A stretch of DNA of 63,815 nt, filler included, from Lama guanicoe (GCA_013239625.1; 190 parts of 190 records of this genome joined end to end with filler, not necessarily neighbours in it), one strand, 5' to 3'. Positions 47,305-61,219 are shown, counted from the first letter of the whole stretch. The notes: a model not told the origin generated them from the letters alone. A program made the numbers and translations.

Positions 47305-50100
47305 NNNNNNNNNNNNNNNNNNNNNNNNNNNNNNNNNNNNNNNNNNNNTTAATTAATTAANNNNNNNNNNNNNNNNNNNNNNNNNNNNNNNNNNNNNNNN
47401 NNNNATTTTCATGGGCAAATATTTGCTCTTTTGGGAAGATTTCAGTGCAAAGGAATGTAGGGTATGCTTTTTCTGTTGCCCTGGAACTGGTGACTAAGAT
47501 GAAAACTTAAGTCAAAGCAGTTTTTAGAGACAGCCACGAAATATCTTACCCAAAGATCACTGTTCCCCAAAAAAGGCAACACCACATGGCTGGTGCGGTC
47601 CTGGTCCCTCTTTCTGAAGGTTGGGGTTTGCACCCTCCAGCNNNNNNNNNNNNNNNNNNNNNNNNNNNNNNNNNNNNNNNNNNNNTTAATTAATTAANNN
47701 NNNNNNNNNNNNNNNNNNNNNNNNNNNNNNNNNNNNNNNNNCTGATATTCTAGACTCACATGTAAGTGAGATCATACGGTATTTGTCTTTACCTTATTTC
47801 ACTAAGCATCATGCCCTCGATCCTTCCATGTCATCGCAAATGGCAGGATCTCCTTCTTGTTCATTGCTTAAGTCTTCACAGGATGAAAGGCAATCTCATG
47901 AAACTACTCAATAAAGATTTTTGCTTCACATTCCAGATTTTCAATTTCTTTGTAATATTATAACTGTACAGGACTCTGNNNNNNNNNNNNNNNNNNNNNN
48001 NNNNNNNNNNNNNNNNNNNNNNTTAATTAATTAANNNNNNNNNNNNNNNNNNNNNNNNNNNNNNNNNNNNNNNNNNNNAGACACCCGGCAGGGAGCACAC
48101 TGGAATTTCTAGCAAGGACTATTGATTTCCAAGCCCTCCGACGCAGACAGCGCACTCTCCCATACCTAACAGTACCTTCAACACAGCCTTTCTGAGAAGC
48201 CATCTTCCTTCGTGTGCTGTTAGCGTGTGATCTTGGGTAAGAGGGTAAGAGCAGTTCCCTGATCAAGATGCTTATAGCTGCCATCTAAAGCGGAGAGGCT
48301 AAGTGGGATGGGGCANNNNNNNNNNNNNNNNNNNNNNNNNNNNNNNNNNNNNNNNNNNNTTAATTAATTAANNNNNNNNNNNNNNNNNNNNNNNNNNNNN
48401 NNNNNNNNNNNNNNNCTTTACAGTATTAGAGTTATCAGTTTCAGATGACTACACTTGTCAGAAAAAATGATTCTCCCATTACATTTTCTAAATTGGAGTT
48501 AAATGGAAACATAAAATGTGTAATTCATTTTTCTATAGGATTAAAGGCTTTCAATTATTAACTGTTTAAGAGAAATAGATCTAGTTACAGGAAATCTTTT
48601 CACTTCTTTCTATTTTCATATTATTTCATTTCACTGAGGTTTCATAGGTCTTNNNNNNNNNNNNNNNNNNNNNNNNNNNNNNNNNNNNNNNNNNNNTTAA
48701 TTAATTAANNNNNNNNNNNNNNNNNNNNNNNNNNNNNNNNNNNNNNNNNNNNCAAGCAGGTGAGGGATTTTCACACTAGAATGTGAAATGAGGTTGTGTT
48801 TAGTTCTGGGGTTTCTGCTCTGGGTGTTCATTTTCTTTGACAGGCAAAGAGAAAGGCTCGTACCAGGGCTGGTGAGTTGCAGTGCTTAGAGGGCTGAGTC
48901 TTGGGGACAGCCACTGGCTACGAGTTGCCTGTCTTTTGTTGGAGGTGGTCGCCATGATGTCTTCCACAAATGTAGTCTTAGCTCCTTACNNNNNNNNNNN
49001 NNNNNNNNNNNNNNNNNNNNNNNNNNNNNNNNNTTAATTAATTAANNNNNNNNNNNNNNNNNNNNNNNNNNNNNNNNNNNNNNNNNNNNGGCAACGAATT
49101 TACAATACTGAAGTCAAATCATCCTCAGAGAGTTAAGACTTTATGAGCATCGTTAGAGACTTGAAAGATATGTATTCGTGGGATATACAGAAAATGAATA
49201 ATATTTATCTTTTATGTCAACAAATATTGTTAAGAACCTAGTTACGTGCTAAGTGTCTGCAATGGAGCACTGAAGAGTGCAGATGAGGTCACTGCTCTCA
49301 CTGCACTGGAAGAAAGGAAGAAAGAANNNNNNNNNNNNNNNNNNNNNNNNNNNNNNNNNNNNNNNNNNNNTTAATTAATTAANNNNNNNNNNNNNNNNNN
49401 NNNNNNNNNNNNNNNNNNNNNNNNNNCCTGTTTCCCTTTTACAGTCAGTCACTAAGCCTAGGGGACGATGCTCCTCACCTCCTGTTGGCTCCTTTCCACC
49501 CCACTGTCACTGACTAGTGACATCTAGTTAATTTCCACCTAGACGGCTGCAATGGCCTCCTTATTCTTTCTTCTTCGAGCCATCCTCAGTTGTCCTGCTA
49601 GGTTTCTCTTTGTAAAAACACAGATCTGACCGTGATACTCTGTTCAAGTCCCTCAAAGTTTCCNNNNNNNNNNNNNNNNNNNNNNNNNNNNNNNNNNNNN
49701 NNNNNNNTTAATTAATTAANNNNNNNNNNNNNNNNNNNNNNNNNNNNNNNNNNNNNNNNNNNNACCTGGATTTCCTCCTTTCTTTCTGAGTCTTTGTTTG
49801 GCATTAACTTTCCTACTTGTCATGAAATTTCTGCAAGACAAAAGCCTCGGCACTCTTATTTTCTCAGTCTCTCTTAGCAACTTAAGTGATGCCAAGAACA
49901 TGGAAAGCTTCAATTACAGCCTATCTACTAATGGATTACAACATTTTTGTCAAAAGCCTGACATTTAATAAGGGTTTTAGACCTATATTTAATGATCTCC
50001 NNNNNNNNNNNNNNNNNNNNNNNNNNNNNNNNNNNNNNNNNNNNTTAATTAATTAANNNNNNNNNNNNNNNNNNNNNNNNNNNNNNNNNNNNNNNNNNNN

Positions 50101-50305
50101 ATAGCACAGGGAATTATATTCAATATCTTGTAGTAATTTATGGTGAAAAGAACGTGAAAACGAATATATGTATGTTCATGTATGACTGAATCATTGTGCT
50201 GTACATCAGAAATTGACACAACATTGTAAACGGACTATACTCCACTAAAATATATATATATATATATACACAAAAATATATATATACATATATATATATA
50301 CACAA
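50101..50305 (+). mobile_element. LINE-1 3' terminus followed by a (TA)n/(CA) microsatellite
   Basis: 'atagcacagggaattatattcaatatcttgta...gctgtacatcagaaattgacacaacattgtaaacggactatact' is a cetartiodactyl-type L1 end. The tail has decayed into TA repeats. Confidence 0.85.
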
Positions 50306-50436
50306 AAAAACCCCAATTTGTTTTCCTAACATCTCANNNNNNNNNNNNNNNNNNNNNNNNNNNNNNNNNNNNNNNNNNNNTTAATTAATTAANNNNNNNN
50401 NNNNNNNNNNNNNNNNNNNNNNNNNNNNNNNNNNNN

Positions 50437-50673
50437 TGTTCCTCCCCTACCAAGTTCATGTGTTGAAGCCCTGACCACCCCCTCAATGTGATGATATTCA
50501 AAGAAGGGCCTATAGGAAGTAATTAGAGTTAGATTAGGTCATGAGGGTGGGGCCCTCATGAGGGGATCAGTGGCCTTTAAGAAGAAGAGATATCTTTCTC
50601 CACATGCACACACACACGTACTCAGGAAAGGCCATATGAGGACACAGGGAGAAGGCAGCCATCTACAACCCCA
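50437..50673 (+). mobile_element. MLT1A/MST-like LTR fragment
   Basis: 'ttcatgtgttgaagccctgacc...ggtcatgagggtggggccctcatg...gaggacacagggagaaggcagccatctacaac'. Confidence 0.88.
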
Positions 50674-53132
50674 NNNNNNNNNNNNNNNNNNNNNNNNNNN
50701 NNNNNNNNNNNNNNNNNTTAATTAATTAANNNNNNNNNNNNNNNNNNNNNNNNNNNNNNNNNNNNNNNNNNNNGGAGTCAGGATTAGAATCCAAGTCTGT
50801 TGGGTTCTAAGTACATTACTAGTAAGCCAGCTTTTCCCAGTGCTGATTAAAAGCAGTGGACATTTGACTTAATAAGTATCTGGATTTCTGGGTCACATGG
50901 TGGTAGGTTACTCAGTAGAACACCTAGTATGCTTTCTTCCAGCTTCCCACTAAAACAACAGTCATAATGGTTTCATGACATCTGTTTGACAGCCCTTGAT
51001 GTATCTCTACNNNNNNNNNNNNNNNNNNNNNNNNNNNNNNNNNNNNNNNNNNNNTTAATTAATTAANNNNNNNNNNNNNNNNNNNNNNNNNNNNNNNNNN
51101 NNNNNNNNNNTGTACTGATAGAAACATTTCCAAATAAAAATATATAAATGAATGGTTAAAAAAAATGAAATGAATATTTTGTATCCTGGCAGAAAAATTT
51201 GTGCACCAAACAGCCTTTATTTCAACCAATGTTTCCTAATGGATATTACTTGTCCACCTTGCCATGGGAGAGAAGTTTCGGTGTCAGTGAAATAAATGTT
51301 TTTTTTAAAGGTATGTATTTATCCTTATAGTTACATTTAATTTATAGNNNNNNNNNNNNNNNNNNNNNNNNNNNNNNNNNNNNNNNNNNNNTTAATTAAT
51401 TAANNNNNNNNNNNNNNNNNNNNNNNNNNNNNNNNNNNNNNNNNNNNACCTGCACCAAGTAAAAATAATAATCACAGTGTCAAGTCCATTGAACTAGAAA
51501 TTATGAGACCTGGGGTCCAGCAGTAGTTTGACAATGATGACTTGTGTGACTTTATTCAAGTAACTTCAATTTTCTTGATGGCCACATAAATTATTTGAAG
51601 AAGATAATCCTCAGTGACCAGGTGCAGCATCTCACTGTTCTATATTTGAATAGTAGTTGTAATTGTCAAAGATATTTTATTTCCNNNNNNNNNNNNNNNN
51701 NNNNNNNNNNNNNNNNNNNNNNNNNNNNTTAATTAATTAANNNNNNNNNNNNNNNNNNNNNNNNNNNNNNNNNNNNNNNNNNNNCGTCTTGGCCCCCTGG
51801 GTATCTGTACCACATCCCTGCCCTACCCACCCAGTGCTCCACAGCAGGACATCCCCACAGTCCTTGCTGTCATTCCTCCACTTTGTCACTTTCACAGGAC
51901 ACACACCAGATGCACACGTTCTGTGGCATGAGGACAGGTGTACCCCAGAGGGTCCGTCCTCCTCTTGCCCGCTCCCTGTCCATTTCGTCCAGCCCACGGC
52001 TCAGCTGCAGGTGCCAGGGCTNNNNNNNNNNNNNNNNNNNNNNNNNNNNNNNNNNNNNNNNNNNNTTAATTAATTAANNNNNNNNNNNNNNNNNNNNNNN
52101 NNNNNNNNNNNNNNNNNNNNNCAAGATGCATTGGGATTCCCCAAGGAGGGCAGTATGGTGTACAGCATTTTCTACACATTTTAAAACCAAAAGAACTTTC
52201 TTCTCATGGATTGCCTCAAGAGACAAGTATCCCATGTAACACATTTTGAAGAATGCTGGATCATAGGATACAGCTGAGATTTAAACATGACTGCCAAAAT
52301 CAGAGCAATAGAGAGAGAGGAGAATCATATGAGATCCCTCTCACATGAGCACACTGGCNNNNNNNNNNNNNNNNNNNNNNNNNNNNNNNNNNNNNNNNNN
52401 NNTTAATTAATTAANNNNNNNNNNNNNNNNNNNNNNNNNNNNNNNNNNNNNNNNNNNNAAATTATACTCCCATAAACCTGGGTTTTTTTTTTAATTGTGT
52501 TCCATTAGAAGGTATCTGGTCATACACTACTTAGTAAGCAAGAGGTCGGCTTATTATAAAAATGTTCTGAGGATTTAAAATCTCTGACCTACTTTTTAGT
52601 CTCTTTTCATCTGGTCCCAATCAAGATAATAGAAAGTTAATTTAGTTAGGTTCTCCTAAACATGAACACATCTTAGACAAAAAAATAAAAAAAAANNNNN
52701 NNNNNNNNNNNNNNNNNNNNNNNNNNNNNNNNNNNNNNNTTAATTAATTAANNNNNNNNNNNNNNNNNNNNNNNNNNNNNNNNNNNNNNNNNNNNTTGAT
52801 ATTTTTTCTCCTCTGCTCACATACTTTTAATTTCAATCCCCCCCTTTTGATCTCTGAAAGCTTCTTTCTTGTATCTTTCTGTTCCTGCGTCATAACTGCC
52901 ATGCTAGCAAGTGTCCCACCATCTCTTTGCCCTCTTCCCATGGAAAGGTAAGCGTGATGCAGTCTGAAAATATAGATACAAAAGAAAGTTGAAGAAGGGG
53001 CTTGTGATGGGAGACTGAGAGCTGGAAAGCTTNNNNNNNNNNNNNNNNNNNNNNNNNNNNNNNNNNNNNNNNNNNNTTAATTAATTAANNNNNNNNNNNN
53101 NNNNNNNNNNNNNNNNNNNNNNNNNNNNNNNN

Positions 53133-53157
53133 ACCACTTGAGCTATCCCCTTCCCCA
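53133..53157 (-). mobile_element. 5' tip of a Vic-1-like SINE
   Basis: 'accacttgagctatccccttcccc' is the reverse complement of the tRNA-Ala-like start, including the A box. Confidence 0.55.
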
Positions 53158-53469
53158 CTATCAACTTCTTATGGGCAGGGCTCATGGTTTGGCTTTTCCA
53201 GATGAGCCCTGATGAAGTCATGGCTCCCTGAAATAAGTCAAATAGAAAATAGATATTTCATAACAGAAATTCTGCTCCCCACTGTGTGAGGTAACCCTCA
53301 AACCTCACTCAAGACCTCACCCATTTCTCTGAGCCAAAGAGTGCTTGACCAAAGCAGAAAGGATGAAGANNNNNNNNNNNNNNNNNNNNNNNNNNNNNNN
53401 NNNNNNNNNNNNNTTAATTAATTAANNNNNNNNNNNNNNNNNNNNNNNNNNNNNNNNNNNNNNNNNNNN

Positions 53470-53706
53470 GAGACAGCATCAGTGGACCAGTCAGAACACA
53501 CAACATTTACTAAGTTCTCACTCTTATATGGGCGTGGCTTGTGGCACCCCGAAACAATTACAACGGTTCCATCAAAGCTCACTGATCACAGATCGCCATA
53601 ACAAATATAATAATAATGAAAACGTTTGAAATAGCATGAGAATTACCAAACTCCGCTCTAGGGAGCAAATGTGGGTGGAAAAAAATGGCGCCACTACACT
53701 GGCCCA
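53470..53706 (-). mobile_element. Tigger1 5' subterminal fragment
   Basis: 'tcttatatgggcgtggcttgtggcaccccgaaacaattacaa...actgatcacagatcgccataacaaatataataataatgaaaacgtttgaaata...aaaaatggcgcc' is the reverse complement of the Tigger1 5' region. Confidence 0.85.
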
Positions 53707-53806
53707 NNNNNNNNNNNNNNNNNNNNNNNNNNNNNNNNNNNNNNNNNNNNTTAATTAATTAANNNNNNNNNNNNNNNNNNNNNNNNNNNNNNNNNNNNNN
53801 NNNNNN

Positions 53807-54043
53807 TTTTTTCTTTTCTTTTTCTTTTTTATTGACGTATAGTTGATTTACAATGTTGTGTCAGTTTCAGATGTATAGCAAAGTGATTCACTTATGCATA
53901 TATATGTACATATATTTCTTCAGATATTTTCCATTATAGCTTATTATAAGATACTGAATATAGATCCCTGTGCTATACAGTAGGTCTTTCTTGGTTATCT
54001 ATTTTATATATAATAGTGTGTATCTGTTAATCCCAAACTCCTA
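53807..54043 (-). mobile_element. LINE-1 3' terminus with poly(A) tail (antisense)
   Basis: A T-rich tail, then 'attgacgtatagttgatttacaatgttgtgtcagtttcagatgtatagcaaagtgattca...ccctgtgctatacagtagg'. Confidence 0.9.
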
Positions 54044-55828
54044 NNNNNNNNNNNNNNNNNNNNNNNNNNNNNNNNNNNNNNNNNNNNTTAATTAATTAAN
54101 NNNNNNNNNNNNNNNNNNNNNNNNNNNNNNNNNNNNNNNNNNNCTGAGCCCCCAGGCCTCCCCAGGCGACAGCCCCCCAAACTGTTACTACAACTCTCTG
54201 GAGCCACTTTTTTTTCTTTTTTTTTTTTTGCCAGCAAGTCCAGAGCTAAAAATATCGAGGCAGGGAGGGGGAACCAGGTGTGTGGAGGACGCGCCCGCCC
54301 CCCTTTCCCATTATGTGTTACAAGCCCCACCTGGCAGGCAGCCGGCAGCTCTCTTGCTGTGTCTGGACGGGCAGATGGAGNNNNNNNNNNNNNNNNNNNN
54401 NNNNNNNNNNNNNNNNNNNNNNNNTTAATTAATTAANNNNNNNNNNNNNNNNNNNNNNNNNNNNNNNNNNNNNNNNNNNNCAGAGAGAGGCGAGAGAGAA
54501 TTACACACGCTAGCTGTAACTGATCTTTCTAAGAGACAGTGTTCACATTGGCCTTCACTTACCGAGGTTCTCCCTGTCCCTCCCCACGCCTCCCCTTTCT
54601 CGACCCGCCTCTCCCTCTGCCTGCCCTCCCCGCAGCCCCCTCCATTTCTCCACGGTAGAAAATTCGGCGTTGACCTCCTATGGGTTTGTAACATTGGTGT
54701 AAACATGTATCACCAAGNNNNNNNNNNNNNNNNNNNNNNNNNNNNNNNNNNNNNNNNNNNNTTAATTAATTAANNNNNNNNNNNNNNNNNNNNNNNNNNN
54801 NNNNNNNNNNNNNNNNNCTCAGGTCTCCCCTCCACCCCATGTCGAGTGACTTCCGTCTCTTTTCTTCCCAGGACACTCTGTCAACCCGCAAGCTCTTGTC
54901 TCCCTTTGGAATGAGATCCCAGCAGCTCAGGAGCTCGGGATGTAGTGAAACACAGCCCAGTGATGCCGGCCTTCAACTCTCCATGTACGACTTTTCTTGT
55001 TGTTGTTTATTTCTGCTTAATGACCAGTTGTCACTATGAGCAAAGTGTAATTTTNNNNNNNNNNNNNNNNNNNNNNNNNNNNNNNNNNNNNNNNNNNNTT
55101 AATTAATTAANNNNNNNNNNNNNNNNNNNNNNNNNNNNNNNNNNNNNNNNNNNNGATGGCAGAGATATAAGTAAGATATTTTTATGGCTGAATTCACTCA
55201 TCAAACTCAAGTCATATAAACTAGAGATTATAATAAGATATTTCTTAATAAATTAAGCAGAAATTCTATTTCATTTATTATCATCATTATTACTCATTTA
55301 GCTTTTCCCTCCTTGTAGTAAAACAAAATTTTATTTCCTTGTCTAATTACTGGGTAAAATGCAGCAGTGACTTTGTATTTAGTGGTTATTCNNNNNNNNN
55401 NNNNNNNNNNNNNNNNNNNNNNNNNNNNNNNNNNNTTAATTAATTAANNNNNNNNNNNNNNNNNNNNNNNNNNNNNNNNNNNNNNNNNNNNTTTTTTCCT
55501 CCTTCCTGCCTTTCACTGTATCCTTTCCCCTCCAAAGTTACCTCTAGATCTGTGGTCTTAATTGTTCCCCTTTTCTATTCTTTTGATGGATGATCTCTAC
55601 CACTTCTTTTTCCTCTCTGCTTAGCAGCAGCATCTTACATCTCTAATTTGTACTTCAAGCCTTTGCCTCCCTCTGGCTATAAACATGCTCAGGAAGAAAA
55701 GCAAAATCATGCTTTTCCTTGATGCTGTNNNNNNNNNNNNNNNNNNNNNNNNNNNNNNNNNNNNNNNNNNNNTTAATTAATTAANNNNNNNNNNNNNNNN
55801 NNNNNNNNNNNNNNNNNNNNNNNNNNNN

Positions 55829-55901
55829 GCTCCGAGATCTCGTTCTTGGTGTTTTTGAGGTCATCCCCATGCCGGCCAGCCGCCAGCTGCAGCTCCTGGA
55901 A
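55829..55901 (-). CDS. KRT71: Type II inner-root-sheath keratin, partial coil-2 exon (KRT71-like; KRT73 possible)
   Basis: Acceptor gctttgggtctcCAG, then [24 protein letters not shown]. This is identical to my recall of KRT71, while KRT73 has HTKNEISE. Confidence 0.85.
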
Positions 55902-56165
55902 CTGGAGACCCAAAGCGCAGAGTCATGGTTGGGTCCCATGTGGTGGGCGTGCATGGTGGCTCGGGGCTGGTGATGCCATGCAGGCAGGCCACGCTGGACA
56001 TGTAACTGGACACTGTCTCCACTCTGGGAACGATCAGCACCATCCCTCATGCCAGCTGAGGTCGCNNNNNNNNNNNNNNNNNNNNNNNNNNNNNNNNNNN
56101 NNNNNNNNNTTAATTAATTAANNNNNNNNNNNNNNNNNNNNNNNNNNNNNNNNNNNNNNNNNNNN

Positions 56166-56215
56166 ACACCAGAAATTGACACAACACTGTAAACTGACTA
56201 TACTTCAATAAAATG
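56166..56215 (+). mobile_element. LINE-1 3' terminus
   Basis: 'acaccagaaattgacacaacactgtaaactgactatacttcaataaaa', the same L1 end type as at 50101. Confidence 0.8.
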
Positions 56216-57512
56216 TAGGAATTAAAAAAATAATCATTCAAAATGGCATATAACTTATCTGAAATATCCCTTCTCCTCTCTCTTTTTGCTTCTCATTTTC
56301 TCCAGACTTGCACAAAGCTTTCAAGATAAAAATTAGTGTTAAGTTTCTTATTGGATTCACACTACAGTTTGTCACTGTTGAAAAATTCCTGCCTGATTTC
56401 ANNNNNNNNNNNNNNNNNNNNNNNNNNNNNNNNNNNNNNNNNNNNTTAATTAATTAANNNNNNNNNNNNNNNNNNNNNNNNNNNNNNNNNNNNNNNNNNN
56501 NATCCCTTATTCAAAGTGACACAAATTTCACTCACTGTCTTTGAGAATGGGTGTCTTAAGAAACCCAGCTTGTTTTACTTTTTTGTACTTTAAATCCTCC
56601 CAATCCACTCTCTCTTGGCTTGGCGTGCCTTCTGGAACAGAAAGTATGCCAGGCGCCGGCTCCTGCTGGCTCTGCCAGGCACATAGTGCGCCTGAGTCTC
56701 TGGTCTTGCTTCTGAGCCCCGCAGGGAGCCTTCTGGAGNNNNNNNNNNNNNNNNNNNNNNNNNNNNNNNNNNNNNNNNNNNNTTAATTAATTAANNNNNN
56801 NNNNNNNNNNNNNNNNNNNNNNNNNNNNNNNNNNNNNNCTGTGCCTTATGTTTCTACCAATTCAGAGTTAGCTAAAGCCGTAGGATCATTGTTGAAAATA
56901 TTAGAATTTTCTTCCATTGATGTTTGTGCCAGTAATGATGGGGACCCAGTATAGGGGGTTGACTAGCAGCTCTACTCCGTCTTGTTTCACTCCACGAGCA
57001 CGAGTGTGCAGTGAGCTGGGGGTTCTCCTCACTCAGTCTTCTGCTCAGACTTTCAGTTCTTTACATGCAGTTTGCNNNNNNNNNNNNNNNNNNNNNNNNN
57101 NNNNNNNNNNNNNNNNNNNTTAATTAATTAANNNNNNNNNNNNNNNNNNNNNNNNNNNNNNNNNNNNNNNNNNNNCAAGATTAACTTGAATTTCCTTCAA
57201 AACTCTTTTTCTTTTCTCCTTTAAAAAGCCATGATAAGTTTCAAATATTATTAGCAGATGTTATCATCATAATTTTTCCCAAATGAGCAATCAGTGCAAG
57301 AATTCTCAGCACCAAATCATGTACTTTACATATTCACACAGCAAAGGCAAATATATGATTACGGTTCACGGTCATGTATTTTGAAAGTTCTGATTTTTTT
57401 GTATTAAATAATNNNNNNNNNNNNNNNNNNNNNNNNNNNNNNNNNNNNNNNNNNNNTTAATTAATTAANNNNNNNNNNNNNNNNNNNNNNNNNNNNNNNN
57501 NNNNNNNNNNNN

Positions 57513-57648
57513 AAACCACGACTTGCTAGGCCCCACTCCCAGTTTCTGATTCAGTAGACCTAGCGTGGAATCTGAGCGTTTCCTTTATACCACATTCCCA
57601 AAAGCCGCCGCCGCTGCTGCTGGATCTGGGACCAACTCTAATAACCAA
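57513..57648. mobile_element. MER5A-like DNA transposon relic
   Basis: 'ttgctaggccccactcccagtttctgattcagtagacct...gctgctgg..ctgggacca'. Confidence 0.7.
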
Positions 57649-59197
57649 ATTTAGGTTAATTGAGGGCACTGCCTAGAGACGGAAAGGTTTAATCAAGTGT
57701 TGAAGACAAATGATGAGCGATAGAAGAAGCCGATTTATTGGAGGAAATTNNNNNNNNNNNNNNNNNNNNNNNNNNNNNNNNNNNNNNNNNNNNTTAATTA
57801 ATTAANNNNNNNNNNNNNNNNNNNNNNNNNNNNNNNNNNNNNNNNNNNNGCTCTGCGGCAGGCTGGCTGGGACCCGGGCCCCACACCGTGGGGTCCCGCC
57901 GAGTCCTGCTGCAGAGGCTCTCGGGAGAGCTTGGAGAGCGAAGCTACATGCGGCTTAAAGCTACATGCGCCTGGCCCGTGATCAGCGCCGCAGGGCGCCT
58001 GCCAAGGTTATTACCAGGGACACTGCTGGGAGGCCCATGCATCAGCCACTAGGACCCCGCGCCACAAGGAAGCCACCGGGCGTGGCNNNNNNNNNNNNNN
58101 NNNNNNNNNNNNNNNNNNNNNNNNNNNNNNTTAATTAATTAANNNNNNNNNNNNNNNNNNNNNNNNNNNNNNNNNNNNNNNNNNNNAGCCGTGGAGACAC
58201 CTCCCTGAGCCCACGTGGCGGGCAGCCTCTCAGCCCGCCCCTGCCACCCTCGCCTGCATGTTCACCCACGCGGTGTCTCTCCCCACAAATGAAAAGTGGC
58301 CTGTGGGCCAACAGAGTGTGGGTGAAGGGGCAGTGTGTGACTTCCCAGGCTGGGTCAGGAAAGGCTTTGCCGGATCACGAAAGGCCTTGCCGGGTCTGCC
58401 CTGGCCTCTTGCATCCTTTGCTCNNNNNNNNNNNNNNNNNNNNNNNNNNNNNNNNNNNNNNNNNNNNTTAATTAATTAANNNNNNNNNNNNNNNNNNNNN
58501 NNNNNNNNNNNNNNNNNNNNNNNATGCAGATATGGAACCACTCTTGAGTCCCTGGGATAAATCCCACTTGTCATGGTTGATTCACAGTGTACTTGCCTTT
58601 GTAAGTGAGCTTTCTCCTTCCATAACTTTCATGTTTCTAGCCATGGTCTTTTCTAGTTTTGGACCCAGAGGTCCCAAAGCTGGTGTTGAACAATTAGTGA
58701 GTGGGGCTGGTTCCTGACACCTGTGAGGTCCGAAGTGTCTTGTGTTGGCCTCTAGGTGGANNNNNNNNNNNNNNNNNNNNNNNNNNNNNNNNNNNNNNNN
58801 NNNNTTAATTAATTAANNNNNNNNNNNNNNNNNNNNNNNNNNNNNNNNNNNNNNNNNNNNCCTTAATGAGAACATGGACCACTCACACCGTAATAAAAAA
58901 CTAGTCTAACTGTGCAGACAGGACAGAAGGAATACGGATTTGGGGAAGACTTAGAGCTCTCTGCCATGATGGAATTAATGATTATTTTGTTTGACTGAAA
59001 CACCTGTTTGTTGACTGCTTGATTTTTCAACAGACAAGCATACACTGAGCACCCACTCTGCATAAGACATTGAGAAAGCCCTGAGGATACAAAGTTANNN
59101 NNNNNNNNNNNNNNNNNNNNNNNNNNNNNNNNNNNNNNNNNTTAATTAATTAANNNNNNNNNNNNNNNNNNNNNNNNNNNNNNNNNNNNNNNNNNNN

Positions 59198-59434
59198 GGA
59201 TTGCTTCCCTGTCTTACATATTATAAACAGTGATGTTGTGAACATTGTTTCTTCTCAATTTATAGATTCTTCCTCAGATTTTTCCAAGGACAGATGTTAC
59301 TGTTTCACATGGTAGTTCTGTTTTAGGTGTTAAAGATATCAAAACACTGTTCTCCATAGAAGTTGTACCAATTTACATTCCTACCAAGAGCATAAAAGAG
59401 ATTTGTTTCCTCCACATCGTCTCCAACAGTTTCA
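59198..59434 (-). mobile_element. LINE-1 ORF2 3' fragment
   Basis: 'cactgttctccatagaagttgtaccaatttacattcctaccaa...tccacatcgtctccaaca'. Confidence 0.8.
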
Positions 59435-60545
59435 NNNNNNNNNNNNNNNNNNNNNNNNNNNNNNNNNNNNNNNNNNNNTTAATTAATTAANNNNNNNNNN
59501 NNNNNNNNNNNNNNNNNNNNNNNNNNNNNNNNNNCCATCTAGGTCTCCCCAAAACACCATTCTCATCACTGATGCCTCATTGCCTAACTACTTTCCATGG
59601 GTCCCCCGTTGCTATAGCCACGGCCATTTCCTGTCTCTAATCTACCTTTCCAACACCAAACACCACTGTAATAATTGTTTTAAAGTAGGGCTTGGTCCTG
59701 CACCCAGAGCACCAGCACTGCGTGGCAGGGGCAGCTGCCCCCGCCTCCTTCACCCCGCCCCCAGGACAGGCNNNNNNNNNNNNNNNNNNNNNNNNNNNNN
59801 NNNNNNNNNNNNNNNTTAATTAATTAANNNNNNNNNNNNNNNNNNNNNNNNNNNNNNNNNNNNNNNNNNNNAAAAAAAAGTACATTTTTGGTAGAGAAAG
59901 AGGTCTTATTTAAATAAAAGCTCTATTAATGTACATTTGCATATCTACTTATTTAATGTGAATCCTGTTTAGAAACAATACAGCTGAGTAAACTATTTAG
60001 TGGCAAAGGAGCAATTCATGGCATACTTTATGCTGGTAAACTCTTAAATGTAAAACCACAAAGTAAATGTTTAACCATTAAATATTCTAACCATATGAAT
60101 AGTGAGAGNNNNNNNNNNNNNNNNNNNNNNNNNNNNNNNNNNNNNNNNNNNNTTAATTAATTAANNNNNNNNNNNNNNNNNNNNNNNNNNNNNNNNNNNN
60201 NNNNNNNNAGAAATTATTTTTCCTATAAAGACAAAAACCTTGCAGCTCAAATGTCAAACTGACCACAGAGAGTCAAATCCAGCACCAGCTCTTCCAGTCT
60301 TGCAGGTGTGGGTTTTCTGGGCGCTGAGGCAAACAGGTCCCTTGAAGGTGACTTGGAGCTTTAAGAATAATCACCTGCGTGGAAGATGAGACGCCGGTGA
60401 TGAGGTGCACACAAGGCGAGCAGTGAGAACAGAGACCCCTCATGGNNNNNNNNNNNNNNNNNNNNNNNNNNNNNNNNNNNNNNNNNNNNTTAATTAATTA
60501 ANNNNNNNNNNNNNNNNNNNNNNNNNNNNNNNNNNNNNNNNNNNN

Positions 60546-60700
60546 TTTAAGCTCTCTAAGTCCCAGTTTCCCCATCTCCAAAACCGGTACAACAGAACTT
60601 GCCTCATGGGCTTAGTGTGATTATTCTTTAAATGAAATGCCATACGTGGAATGCTGAGCACAGCTCAGAGTGTCTAATATGGGCTCATTGAATCATGGTC
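60546..60700 (+). mobile_element. MIR SINE relic
   Basis: 'ctctctaagtcccagtttccccatct..aaaa...cctcatggg...gctgagcacag'. Confidence 0.6.
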
Positions 60701-61219
60701 TTACTGACCTCTCCTCTAAGAGATACTAAGTCATATGAATGCAGAAAGCCCCAGCCCTTGCCAAGGCTGCACATAATAGATGNNNNNNNNNNNNNNNNNN
60801 NNNNNNNNNNNNNNNNNNNNNNNNNNTTAATTAATTAANNNNNNNNNNNNNNNNNNNNNNNNNNNNNNNNNNNNNNNNNNNNGCTGCCAAATGCCACTGT
60901 GGTTGTGATTAGTCAGTGGGTCCTGGGTCAGCGGAGAGGGGGCTCTAGGGAGGGCTGCTCTTGGCATCGTTACAAGTGTCATCCTTTGCTGAATATCTCA
61001 TTTCTTTCTAGCAAAGCCTTATTTCTTTGGGGCCCAGGCTGACGTGCCTGCCTCGTCCTGTGCCTTCCACCTGCCAGCCATTGGTCTTGCGGCCCTTTCC
61101 CCCATCAGAGGGAGGAGGTNNNNNNNNNNNNNNNNNNNNNNNNNNNNNNNNNNNNNNNNNNNNTTAATTAATTAANNNNNNNNNNNNNNNNNNNNNNNNN
61201 NNNNNNNNNNNNNNNNNNN

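Noticed and set aside
57868..57970. A small GC hairpin and a duplicated aagctacatgcg 12-mer
   Set aside because: Short features that are expected by chance or local slippage in GC-rich DNA, with no ncRNA hallmarks.
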